DNA of 63,652 nucleotides, the filler included, from Reticulomyxa filosa (Eukaryota > Protista > Foraminifera): assembly GCA_000512085.1 (NCBI GenBank). It is 22 parts of 22 records of this genome, joined end to end, with 100 filler letters (N's around TTAATTAATTAA, not from the genome) between each part and the next. Parts side by side here need not be neighbours in the genome. Positions count along the whole stretch, not along the records: positions 1 to 8,095 come from ASPP01004512.1; positions 8,196 to 9,545 come from ASPP01028703.1; positions 9,646 to 11,267 come from ASPP01010654.1; positions 11,368 to 15,442 come from ASPP01022519.1; 18 more parts are not named here. One strand, written 5' to 3'. The notes under the pieces are model-generated. The model was not told the origin of the DNA and searched no databases. It saw only the letters and a program-made list of their open reading frames with translations. Shown here one piece after another: positions 1 to 11,690 of this stretch. The first letter of the stretch is position 1. Every line of letters starts with the position of its first letter. The translations under genes and the position numbers were made by a program.

Positions 1-40
<40 letters not shown>

Positions 41-78
41 TGTTAGTATTTTGTATACGTAAAACACCCCCAATCTTT

Positions 79-882
79 TTAAAAAACTTTAAACACACGA
101 AAACGTAACATCACGGTGACGATAATCTGCTCGCCCGTCATTTTGGCTTGGAACTGAATGCCACTGCTCCCCAGCTGCTGCATGGCGATCCATTTGTACG
201 AGTCTTCGGACGGAGCAAAAGTGGTGGCGTAAGGGTCGGACAAGGCCAATGTGTTGCCACCTCTTTGGTATGGTCCATGGTCAAAATACTTTGCATAATA
301 GCCATATGCCCACATCGATGGGAGCTGTAGGGAATCCGTAGTAAACGTATATGCCCAGCTGGACCATTCACTTACATTGTTGGCTCGCTCCATCACCACG
401 GTTTGTGTTGATTCGTATTCCGTATGTGATATTATCGTCACGCACGTGTCTCGCATTCCGTACCCACACATTGCCATTGGAATGCCTGCCTTCTCGTCGT
501 ATACCCACTCTTCATGAGCGGCCCATTGTTGGGTCTTTCATATTGTTGTCAATTTTTTTTTTTTTTTCACCATTTTTTATTAATTTTTGGCACTATTTTA
601 TTAACAAAAGGTTATTTAATAGCTTTTAACACAATACTAAACTTCCACTACTTGCCAAATTATTGTATAACAATCAAACATATTTGTATTCCCAAATCCA
701 ACGGCCAAATATCGGTCTCGAATACCGCTCATTGTTATTGTCGTTTTGTTCGTCTCGTCATTTATTTCGACACTGTAAGAAAACTCATTTGCACTTCCCA
801 CTGTTACTGAGGCGGTCAAGATTTTTCCAAATGACGTCTGCCACAAAAATAGGCAAATGGTTCCTATTGCTAACCAAACCAT
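79..882 (-). CDS. Secreted DOMON-domain protein (spliced; 3' end probably continues off the contig)
   Basis: Signal-peptide-like MVWLAIGTICLFLW; DOMON-like YLAVGFGNTNMFDCYTII; after an intron, MWAYGYYAKYFDHGPYQRG (WAYG...H...RG pattern). Confidence 0.65.
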
Positions 883-1527
883 TTTCTGGGAAGCTCACTA
901 CCAAAGGTACAACTCTCAGTTTGGAGACAGACTATCTTTTACTAGTTTAACGTCTGCTTATCAAAGTCAATTTACTATATAACATTTTTCGATTTAGAAG
1001 TACTGTTACCACAAATATGATGACAACTATAGGTCATTTTAACTAATTTTCAACTGCGCCTTATTTGTATACAAGTAATTTCTTGCACCGAAAAATTTCG
1101 CTACATTTAAAAGAAGAAAAGGCAATAACTAAAAATTGACGGAATTTTATTTTCTTGAACGATAATCATTCAAGTCAGCACAAACAAACTTAATGAAATC
1201 AAGGAATAAAACAATTAACTAATTTTTACAAATAAGTCCTATGCTGATCAGTGGCAAATAGTTTACTTTTTTTATTTGAATAAGATTTGATAAAAATTTT
1301 TTAAAATGGATTTATTGTTATCAGAAAATTGTGAAAGTAAGTTACTATTTGTTCAATATAAATGTAACCATTTGTATTATTTTTCGGTGCATTCATCATG
1401 AGCTATTTTGCCAATTACTAGCGTCAACAAAATTTTTTACTCAATGCATTCGGCCATTTTTTAAGAATTGTAAATTACCAACAAATATCTTATCACGTAC
1501 AAACCAAAGCAAATGGACAACTTAAGA

Positions 1528-3201
1528 ATGCGATGGGAACAACTTTCAAAAGTTAGCCTCCGTTTTTATATTTCTTACAAAAAGTGTTTTTGACAATAAC
1601 ATGTTTTGACTCCAGGACAATCAGTCAAACTCCACCTCGACTGGCGCTGAACGAACATTTTCAACACACCCCAAAGACAAAGTACCAACGTGTTTTGAAA
1701 GCAATACGGACCGAGAAGGTTTGCACAGTGTTTGCATCACAAATTTACTTAAAGATAAATCTCTATTGTTTGTCTATAATGTATAGAATTGTTAGAATGG
1801 ATCGAAAACGTTCTTCAATTGTCACAAACTGAAAACAAAAGATTAGAAAAAGAAGTAAGTGTGAATAATTTTTTTTGGAAAAAAGCATTTAAGTTTTTCC
1901 AAATGCAATATGAGACATAAAAAAAATAAAAAGAATGCGGAATGGAAAATGACACATGAGCTGAAATCTTTAAAGTACAGCAAAGAACTAAGTGAAATGA
2001 AAGAGGAATTGGAAGAATTAAAAAGAACACACAAAATACTCCAACAAACATTACAAACGGAACGTCACAAGTTGAAAGAATATCAATACCTGTCGGACAA
2101 ACAAACCAAAGATTACATTTCACAATCGAATCAATATATCAAAGACTTGGAAGCGCTCTCACAACAGCTGAGTGAAGCAAAGGAGCTAAATAATCAATAC
2201 AAAGTTCAAATCGATGAATACAACAATGAAAATTTGCAATTAAAACAACAAGCAAACGAAATGAAAGAGCATTTCGATGTTATTCATGCAAGCATTGACC
2301 AGATAGTGCAACAAGAAAAAGACAGTGACAACACAAATGCCGACAATCAATCTCTTGATGCCGGGAATGTCTTTGACAAAATCAAGTATTTAGAGGTATT
2401 TATGCATCAATCAATTCAGACAAATCAAGAATGCAAACATTATAAAGGTTTAGTTGTCCACTTTTTTTGAAACACCCCTTTTTAACGCTTACTACAAAAT
2501 TTATTGGTTATGACATAATGATTAAACTTACAGAATTGCTGAAGTGCATCCCTGAAAAACTGTTTCAAATAAACGAAGAACAAAGCATTTTTTACGAAGA
2601 AGCAATGAACCATTTAACTGTGTATACAACCAAAATGGAGCATCTGTATGCTCAAAATGACACATTGCAAACGTTTACGCATAACTCGAAGCAGCATACT
2701 TTTCAGTTGGAAACTGAAAATAAAAAATTAGCTCAAGATTTGTCACTTTTGCAGAAGCGTTACGACGAAGATATAAACAATTTGCAGCACGAATTGGAGG
2801 AGATTATGACCAAATTAGCTCCTAAAGATTTTAGTTTATCTGAATTGCTTCAGCATTTGTCTCACAATATCCACGCCATGCAAACTCAAACACAACTAAT
2901 GGAATACAGATGGTATCACTTGCGACAAACCCCCGCAAAAGAATGGATCGATCAAATCGAAAATGATATGCAAAGTGAAAACAAACGCATCAACGTAAAA
3001 ATTTGTGAAGTCTTTGCACAATAAAACTTTTAATTACTTTCTAAAATATAGTTGATGCTTGCTCGTAAATAGATTTCCGAATCAAATCTCCAAGGAAAAC
3101 AACGTTCAAACTTTGTTATAAATACCAATGAAAAAGCAGGAAAAATAAGAATTGAATCAACAGCGAAGAACGAGGCAACTGCAGATAATCCAGAACTGTG
3201 A
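1528..3201 (+). CDS. Multi-exon coiled-coil protein of unknown function
   Basis: Long E/K/Q/L heptad-rich ORFs 1910-2470 and 2467-3024 separated by GT-AG introns; stop TGA at 3199-3201; start uncertain. Confidence 0.6.
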
Positions 3202-4582
3202 TCTATCGAAAGAAATGGAGTTTTTTCAACTTTTTCAGTTGAAAGTGGATGATGTAATTGTTTTGAAAAAAATGTCTAAAGGATATTATTAACAGGCAAT
3301 ATATAAAATTTTCGTTGAAACATTGCCTTCGTGTTCATGTTAAAAAAATTTAATCAACACATTTTAATTGTAGTTAGTATAATTATGTTTAATTTTTCAA
3401 ACATTAAACTTGTCAATTTGTCACAAAGGATTTGATTATGTTGTTATTCTGTCATGTAAAAGATGTAGTCACAAAGCTAGAACTCATTTTTTTTTGAAAG
3501 GTTAACAAAAACAAGAAAACTTCAAAACATGAGGAATAGTTGAATTTTCGGCAGAGAACATTGTTTTCAGCTTGTAGTTAAATGATAGATTGACAAATGA
3601 TTACAATACAAAGATTTGTCATGCCTTTGGCTTCCACACGTCAGAGGTACGACGTTTAACTTTTTCAAAAAGACCTAAAAATATCGCAAATTAGTGCTTG
3701 CCACTCCGATTTTCTTTTCGTATATCATGTTTTAGTTTTAGATATAATAACAAATATTTTTCTTTTTTGTGTATGTGTTGTATAAATTATATAAACATGA
3801 CAAAAACTTGAAATCTTTTGGAATGATAACCATTATACTCTATTTTTCATGTATAATTTAAACTGCTGATATACTGTCTTGTGGTCATCCTAACTTGTCT
3901 GAAGACAATAAGAGAGTTGAATAGGTCATCATTTTGTTTGGATGCAATTTGCAAAAAAAAAATAGCACTTTCTTGGAATAGATCTCTAAACAAAATATTA
4001 AGCACACTTTGGATTAGATTTAAATTCATGTTTCCTTTGATTAAAATGAGATAATAAAAATGTTAACTCAAATTTCATTTAAAAGATTTGAAGTTAGATA
4101 TTGATTCATGTGAAAAAACAACTAAATCGGTTCCGGATTTTGTGTAAAGATGCTTTAAGCTTTTGAAAAGTTCGCAACAGCTTCATAAAAGAAGCCAAAG
4201 GTTAAATTCGAACAACACAATAAAATTTCAATAATTGCTATGATGGCTTCTAATAAATCGCTCTGTTTTTTGCTCAAATAAATATAACATTTAAAAGAAG
4301 GTTTTGTTGCAATTGCATCCTCCACAAATCGAGAGTCCTTTGTGACAATCTAGAAAAAGCAAAAAAAAAGATGCAAATGATTGTGTCTTGAGTTTGTATG
4401 AAAGTTAATGATGTAAACAATTTGAAATATTTTCATTACTAAAAAGTTTTTTTCTATTACAATTATACTATGAGATTACGATAATTTTTTAGGTAAATTT
4501 AAGTTTTAACGGAAAAGAGTAAAACAGAGCGTTACTAAATTTGTCAAAAAAATTTTAAGGTGATCCAGGCTTGTAAAACTTA

Positions 4583-6082
4583 ATGTTTTCCCGAGCGTGG
4601 ACTTACTGGGGTAACTCAGAGACTCAGCCAACAGAAGAAACGAGCAATGAACGAGAAAAACCGACAGAAGATCAGACAAACTCAGTGGAAAAAAAGACTA
4701 GTTTAACCGACGAAACACCATTGCATCCCGCAACAACAGCTACAACAAGTGATCATCCATATCCACTCTCTCAAGGTCCTGGGGACCACGTATATTCAAT
4801 TTCAGCACCATTGTTGAAAGATTTGAAGAACAGTGACAATAAAGATGCAACTGACGAAAAACATAAAGACTTTAAGCAATCATTGCATTACACCTTTGAT
4901 CCAATCCGACATCACTATGACAACAATGCAAAAGATGTATCAGCAACTAAAGTAGTGGTATGGCATTCCGCTCCGTTGAGTTTGTCTTTGTCTGAAGAAG
5001 TAACAAATACTGACATCTCTTCATCTCTTGCACAGATGCAAATTACAGGTATACTTTATGTTATGTATCTATTTTTTCCCTCCCTCTCCCCCTTTTTTTT
5101 TTTTTTTTTATAAAAAAAATTCTATATGCTTACACAGAAAAGAAAACAACAGACAAAGAAGAGAATAATAACAATATAATGAGCCAGTATTTGGATACGT
5201 TGACACTTGAGTCAAATGAAAAAGAAGAATTAATGAAATTGCATGAGTGGATTAAAAGTGATGCATTAAGCAACAAATTGAAAGACGAACTGTGCTTTGC
5301 TGATATTATATTATCTTATTTCAGCAGCTTCAGTCCAAATAATCCCGACGCTGTTGGCTGTTGGAAACGATGGGTGATGTATCGTAATGACTCGCCTTTG
5401 AAAGATGTCAACTTTTCCCGTGTTCGGGAATTCTTTGACAGTGGCGTATATGGAGTTGGTTATGACAAAGAAAACAGACCAATACTTATTATTAACTCCA
5501 AACATTATAAAGACTCGTTTGGACCTGAAATAACAGCAAAAGCAACCATTTTATTTGTTACAAGTGTTTTATGGAATATCCGCAATAATTCCTATGAATT
5601 TGATGCCCTGAGAAAGGGATTTTGTATATGTAAGTTATTTTTAAAAAAAAAAAATAAAAAAGAAATCTCAAACTATATATAAAATACTTATTCAGATTTG
5701 GATTTATCACATTACAGCATAAGTATGTTGGCATGGAATGTACTCCAAGCCTGTAAGGCAGCTATGATTGCTGTTCCATTTCAATTGGGAGATATCTACT
5801 GTATCAATACACCAACTTTTATTTATGTCTTACGTCAAATTGCGGCAAAAGTTTTGTACTTTATGTGTTATTAAACATTATATTCTTTAATATGTTTTTA
5901 CTTTTGAAATAAACCAGATAATCGTACCCCACGCAATGGAAAAAATCAAAATTGTACCAAGTATTGCTGAATATTTTGAAAAATATGGAGTTAAAGATAA
6001 AACTCCAATTCAAAACGGAGGCACATGGGAAATTACTACTACACAATGGATGATTGATCGTGGTTTCATTGAAAATGAATAA
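4583..6082 (+). CDS. CRAL-TRIO (Sec14-like) lipid-binding protein
   Basis: Exons give GYDKENRPILII, DLSHYSI, VPFQLGDIYCINTPTFIYVL, MEKIKIV and PIQNGGT, the typical CRAL-TRIO motif order; canonical splice sites; stop TAA at 6080-6082. Confidence 0.85.
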
Positions 6083-8095
6083 AAAAACATATGACGGTGA
6101 TTCATTTGTAATTGAATCTTTCTTCACAATTTTCAATTTTTCAGCTAGATACCTTTTTTTTTTTCTTTTTGTTGATTTACTATCTGATCAACTTCACATT
6201 AATGTGACAATATTATTTCCTTATTCCTTGGATTATCCTTTTTTTATTCTTTCTTAATTTCAGTAAAAAAAGGAAATAAAATTGACAACAAAATGTATTA
6301 CAATACACAATTTGAAAAATTAAAGTTTGCAGTCAAAATGCTGTTTTATCACTGCAATACAATTTTCTTGGATTGATTATAAACACGAAAAAACTCACTG
6401 ATGATGATACTCAGCTTGTGAGGGGAGGGGGGGAGGTCTTTAACTTTTTTGCTGATTGTTTGCAGCATTGTTATCACCCACTTTTTTAAAAAAAATTTTT
6501 ATGACTTCTTCCAAAAGTTTATTCAAGCTCATCCAATGACAACAGTTTTGAAGAGTTTATTTCTGATTCCAACGTCGTTTTTTTGCTAATTTTCCTTCTT
6601 TGTTCGGGAAAAACAAGTATTCTTCTTTTTTTTTCTCTCATAGTGATAGAACTTATTCTTTTTGGCAATTTTAAAAAATTATTATTTTAATTTATTGCTA
6701 TATATAAAAAAATAGAACGGTAAAGAGTTTTTGAAAACATAATTTGATATGAATCATACAATATAATCAAAATACAAACTTATTTCAGTATATAACACAG
6801 CCACAATTATTAAGGCAAAAAACAAACAAAAAAAATTGGAAAGCTAAACATATATACACAAAAAGTAATTTAATGAGCAAAAAAAAAAATAAAACAAAAA
6901 GAAAATAACACTACTTGCTTTCATTGTTAAATTTAAAACTAATAAATCTATAAAGACTTCTTTATTTTTTTCCAAATTGTACTTTGTGCTACTTCCACTT
7001 AAGACAATATTTTCATTTTCATCTTCTTAAAAATTTCATCAATTTCAATACTTTATTCAGACTACAAACTTGTTAGCAAAAATCAACTAAATCTTTAACA
7101 ACGACTTACCAAAGACAATGCTAGATGCAGTACAAACTCAATTAAATTCACTTACATCCATATCAATTATATCATTTCTATTCAATACAAAATAAACAAA
7201 ATTATGAATTATATATTAAATATATTACAAAAAGCGACAATTATACAAATATATACTTAATTGTTTAATTAGTCTTGCTAAGTACAATGAAATAACAAAT
7301 GATAATTCAAATAACAGGACTTTGTTCTATGATGTATGTATTATTTTTGTAAAAATGTGTACATTAAAAAAAAACATTACTGATTGTCATATTGGGATGC
7401 GCAATATACAAATAACATGCATCCAACCTTGTCTTTTCTTGTACTGCACCATTATACACATTCATCACTACAACACAACAAACATACACTTCACACTCAG
7501 TATATCACTCCTGATCAGAAAGGAAAAAAAATAAAAGTAAAGTGGAAAAAAGATATAGTTAAGTGAGAAAAAATATATAGCTATAGTTGGAGAAAAGATA
7601 TAGTTATAATGATGAAAAAGGAAAACTAAAGGGATATTGAAAAAAGATAAAAATAATTTCAAAGCATATCGCTTTGAGTTCCACTGGATATAACAATCAC
7701 TTTGTATGTTATTCAAATATTTTATTTACTTTTTTTTTGTTTGATATGATATACTTATTATTTCATCCGATGACGCAATAATGTCTATGTCAATCTAATC
7801 TAATGAAACAGATTTACAATAAACTATGACCTCGACAGTGTTGATTTCCATAACTGTGTTAGATTTGACCTCCATTTGGTCAATATACATGAAGTCTGTT
7901 GTTGTTGATTTCTATTTTCTTTCATCAATGTCTATCGGATTCAATTGATCAACATATATCTGATTATGTCAATCATCGTCACATTCTTCAACAACATAAA
8001 AACTTCAATGTCCAAATCTATTTTGTATTTGTGCTTGTATGTGTACACATAATACACACAAACTCTTTTTTTTTATTGTAATCTTTTTTTTTATT

Positions 8096-8195
8096 NNNNN
8101 NNNNNNNNNNNNNNNNNNNNNNNNNNNNNNNNNNNNNNNTTAATTAATTAANNNNNNNNNNNNNNNNNNNNNNNNNNNNNNNNNNNNNNNNNNNN
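8096..8195. other. Artificial contig-joining linker (44 N + TTAATTAATTAA + 44 N); first of 21 copies
   Basis: Identical 100-bp spacer with stops in all six frames. Other copies start at 9546, 11268, 15443, 16849, 18688, 21921, 33954, 35120, 37950, 39291, 41914, 43583, 47232, 49955, 51300, 52753, 55286, 59337, 60951 and 62218. Confidence 0.98.
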
Positions 8196-9545
8196 GTACA
8201 TTGATCGTGTGTTATGCAAGACAGAAGAAGATATAATGCGACGTTTATATATTCTGATGAAATTAAACGAATATGGCAAGCTGGACTACCACATTTTGGT
8301 GACAGTGTACACAATCCGAATTTTTGGACGTCCGTGTTATTAAATTTGGAAGATCACCTTTCATTGGATGCTCATCAAGTTGAAGACAATGTTCAACTGA
8401 TCTTGCAGTGCCAAAGCTTTGAATAAGTCTTCCGAGATAAGATTCAAAAGACTGGGTGGGATCAACAAAAAAATGTCAACATATTTTTTGCTATTGTAAA
8501 AGAGTTTTGTGGTCGAAATTTACAGATATATACCATGTCAAGAAAAATCCAGGTTCATTAAACAGAAACTTGTTATACAATCTTTTATTTGTTGTTGTCA
8601 GAGTCGTTGATGGCTAATGTCTAAATTCAATCGATTCAACAAATATACAAGATAAATAAACAGAATTGATTCGTTTGGTTGCCGATAACGAAGACAATGA
8701 AAAATTGACTGTATTCCACGAAGGATGAACAGCACCCAAAAACGACCCTTAAATAAACAAATTGAAAACTTTAACACGATTGCCGAAATTAAAAATGACT
8801 TTCTGTCGAAAGCACCAGTCAAAAAATATGCGGAAAACCCCGATGCGGCATGTGCGTTTATGATTGATTATGCTTTGAACAAACTAGGAATCAACACTAA
8901 TATTCAAGAAGAAGACATTCTTAACAATAATCGATTGTTGCAAGATCTCTGTGCTGTTCAAGTGTTTGGTATCAAATTGTGATTATCCAAATTGACGATA
9001 ATGAACAAAACAGGTTTCAATCTATCCGCTTGTTATAAACATTTAAACTGTTGATAAATCCATGTGCAATTTCATTAATTCGCTATTGCCGTCCAGATTG
9101 ATGATTCACAATTTTAAAAAAATTATAAGCTAATAAAAAAATTGATGTTGTCACCCAACCATAAAATCTCACATTTTCCATCAACAAACAAATAAATACA
9201 TATATAGAGAAAATATAGTCGGAACTCGTCGCGCAGCAAGACTCAACTCGACACATAAAAGCAGCAACATTTCGACAATTAGGAATCCTGCAGTTCTGCT
9301 ATCCTGCAATGCTGATGAGAACTCCGACCAAAGTCAAGATGACACTGGCGATGAGGACGTCAGTAGTGACGATTGCCGGGGCAAATATGGACGCACGTTC
9401 AAACGCACAATTTGAATGAATTCAGCAATTCCAACACGTTGGCCTTGATGATTAAGAGATTCGTGTTGTTTGCGTTGGACGTCGTAGTCATGCGCGTGCC
9501 GTCCAATAGCTTGACAATGTTCAATATCGGCGGACTCACAAACGA
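8196..9545 (+). pseudogene. Decayed fragment of a large unidentified protein gene
   Basis: Protein-like stretches (8214-8426, 8725-8982) interrupted by in-frame stops and frameshifts. Confidence 0.4.
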
Positions 9546-9645
9546 NNNNNNNNNNNNNNNNNNNNNNNNNNNNNNNNNNNNNNNNNNNNTTAATTAATTA
9601 ANNNNNNNNNNNNNNNNNNNNNNNNNNNNNNNNNNNNNNNNNNNN

Positions 9646-11267
9646 TTGATGTTGATGTTGATGTTGATGTTGTTCAATTTTCTTTTCTTCCACTTCTTCT
9701 TTTTCTAAAAATTTCATTACATGCTGATAACAATCATACGTATCTTGCTGTTTGTTGTCATCATCACCATCAACATATGGATAATCATTGGCTTGTAATG
9801 GAATATATGTTTCAAGAGCTTGCGACATAGCTATATCTTCTTCTAACTCCTGTTTTCTTGATTCTTGTAACAGTAATGCAAAATCAGCACAGCTTGCTGG
9901 ATTTTTATCTCCAATGATATATTTTTTATAGTATTCATATAACACCACATAAATAGCTTTCCCTTTTACCTTTTCTGGAGCAAATTTGCAAAGTTGTTCA
10001 TATACAAATTGTGCTATCTTCAACGGCAGATTACTGTCAATTTCTGTCTCTGTTTTTTTAGAGAGCTGTGGTGGCTTCAATATCCCAATGTCCAAATGTG
10101 ATTTGTAACGATTTGCCAGTTTTTGTATTCCTTTGTCGTCAATCCATTCACAAATAATGTCATTAATTTTGGTTAATGTTTCATCACTTACCTGTTTTAA
10201 TTCTTCTTCAGCCTCCAAATTATTGGGCCTCCATGCTCTGATATGTTCATAGAACAAATGACTTAATTTTGGGTTTTCAATTACTGTATATCCTTCCAAT
10301 GTTGTAAAGTTTTTTAATGTTGCCTGCATTTCCACATAGACATCATGCTTAGGGACATACAATTTAATGTTATGAAAACGATGATGCGTTTTGGATTGCC
10401 TTTCAAAGAAATCCTTATCTTCGGACACAATCAAGTTAAATTGCTCTGCTTTTTTCATCACCGCAACAGCAGTCTGCAATTTCGTCGCATTGTCACATAG
10501 AATTGTGAATCTTCCAATATCAAACACTTGATTATAATCGCCATTGTAATCACATTCAATCTTTTCCAATAATCTTACTTTATCTTTCACCTTGGGTGGT
10601 TTTACCACTGTTATTAAATATCTCTGCAATTCCGCCACTAAGTTTAATATCTCATTGCTCGTCATTGCACTTTCACTCCTTGTTATTAAATCTTCCAAAC
10701 CTGTCGCATGCTGTCGAATTTTTTTTGATTTCAACTCATAAGATAACCCCGGTTTGATTGCATAAAAGCATTGATAATGGTTATCTTTCACAGGCTCCAA
10801 ACTATCACTCGCGCAAATGGAGTGCTCTGAATTGAAAAACAGAGCCTTTACAACCGACGTCACTGTTGACTGTGCACAATCTGGACAGCGATACAAAGTC
10901 TTATTAGAATGAAATGAAATATCCCCAAATCCAAGATTCACCCATACCAGAAGTCTGGCCTTTGCTGCTAAACAGTCTTGATTCACGCAATAGCCTTGCA
11001 CATTTATCCCGGGCCTAGTTTCCCCAATCTCCACCCTCTCATCTTCTTTTTCTAATTTTTGTTCGCTTTCTCTTCCATCTTTTTCCAATTCTTTTATCCG
11101 TTTTTTTTTTTTTTTTTTTTTTGGAATCAAACAAAAGATAATATACAAAAGTAAATTAAATACAATCACATGCAATCTATGTGTAATGGAAGGAATACCT
11201 GCTCATTTTTATATTCTGGCTCTTGTGTTTTGTTATCCGCACTCTCAACTTGAACATCACCCTTTTT
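9646..11267 (-). CDS. Partial gene: Cys-rich Zn-ribbon plus RelA/SpoT-like nucleotidyltransferase domain; probable N-terminal region of a NACHT/STAND protein
   Basis: About 480 open codons after an intron (~11093-11199). GINVQGYCVNQDC...CPDC, then KVKDKVRLLEK, DYNGDYNQVFDIGRFTI, EDKDFF, HHRFHNIKL, VEMQ, HLFYEHIR. Runs off both contig ends. Confidence 0.7.
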
Positions 11268-11367
11268 NNNNNNNNNNNNNNNNNNNNNNNNNNNNNNNNN
11301 NNNNNNNNNNNTTAATTAATTAANNNNNNNNNNNNNNNNNNNNNNNNNNNNNNNNNNNNNNNNNNNN

Positions 11368-11690
11368 AAGAATACGGGGTAGAACCACCCCGTCTCCGAA
11401 AGGAGAAATAAAGGTCTGTTTCATTTGTCTTTTATATATATAAATATGTTTAAGTGCTTTGTGTTATTTAACATAGGTTCCTCCGGCAGTCAAGATCGTT
11501 CCAACTATCTGTTCACCTCCAAGTCACACACACAAAAACAAAAAAAAAAGAATAAGGGGTCGAAATCTGCCCCCGTATCCTCAATGAGGAACAAAGGTTT
11601 GTAATTTTTTATTTATTTATATGTACATACACTTTTGTTATTTAATATTGTGTGTTTGTGTGATTCATAGGATTCCCCGCAAAGAAAAAA
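11368..11690 (+). repeat. Two diverged ~180-bp tandem units, each with a double hairpin and a GT-AG intron-like segment
   Basis: AAGAATACGGGGT...AAAG|GT...CATAG|GTTCCTCC versus AAGAATAAGGGGT...AAAG|GT...CATAG|GATTCCCC. Confidence 0.55.
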
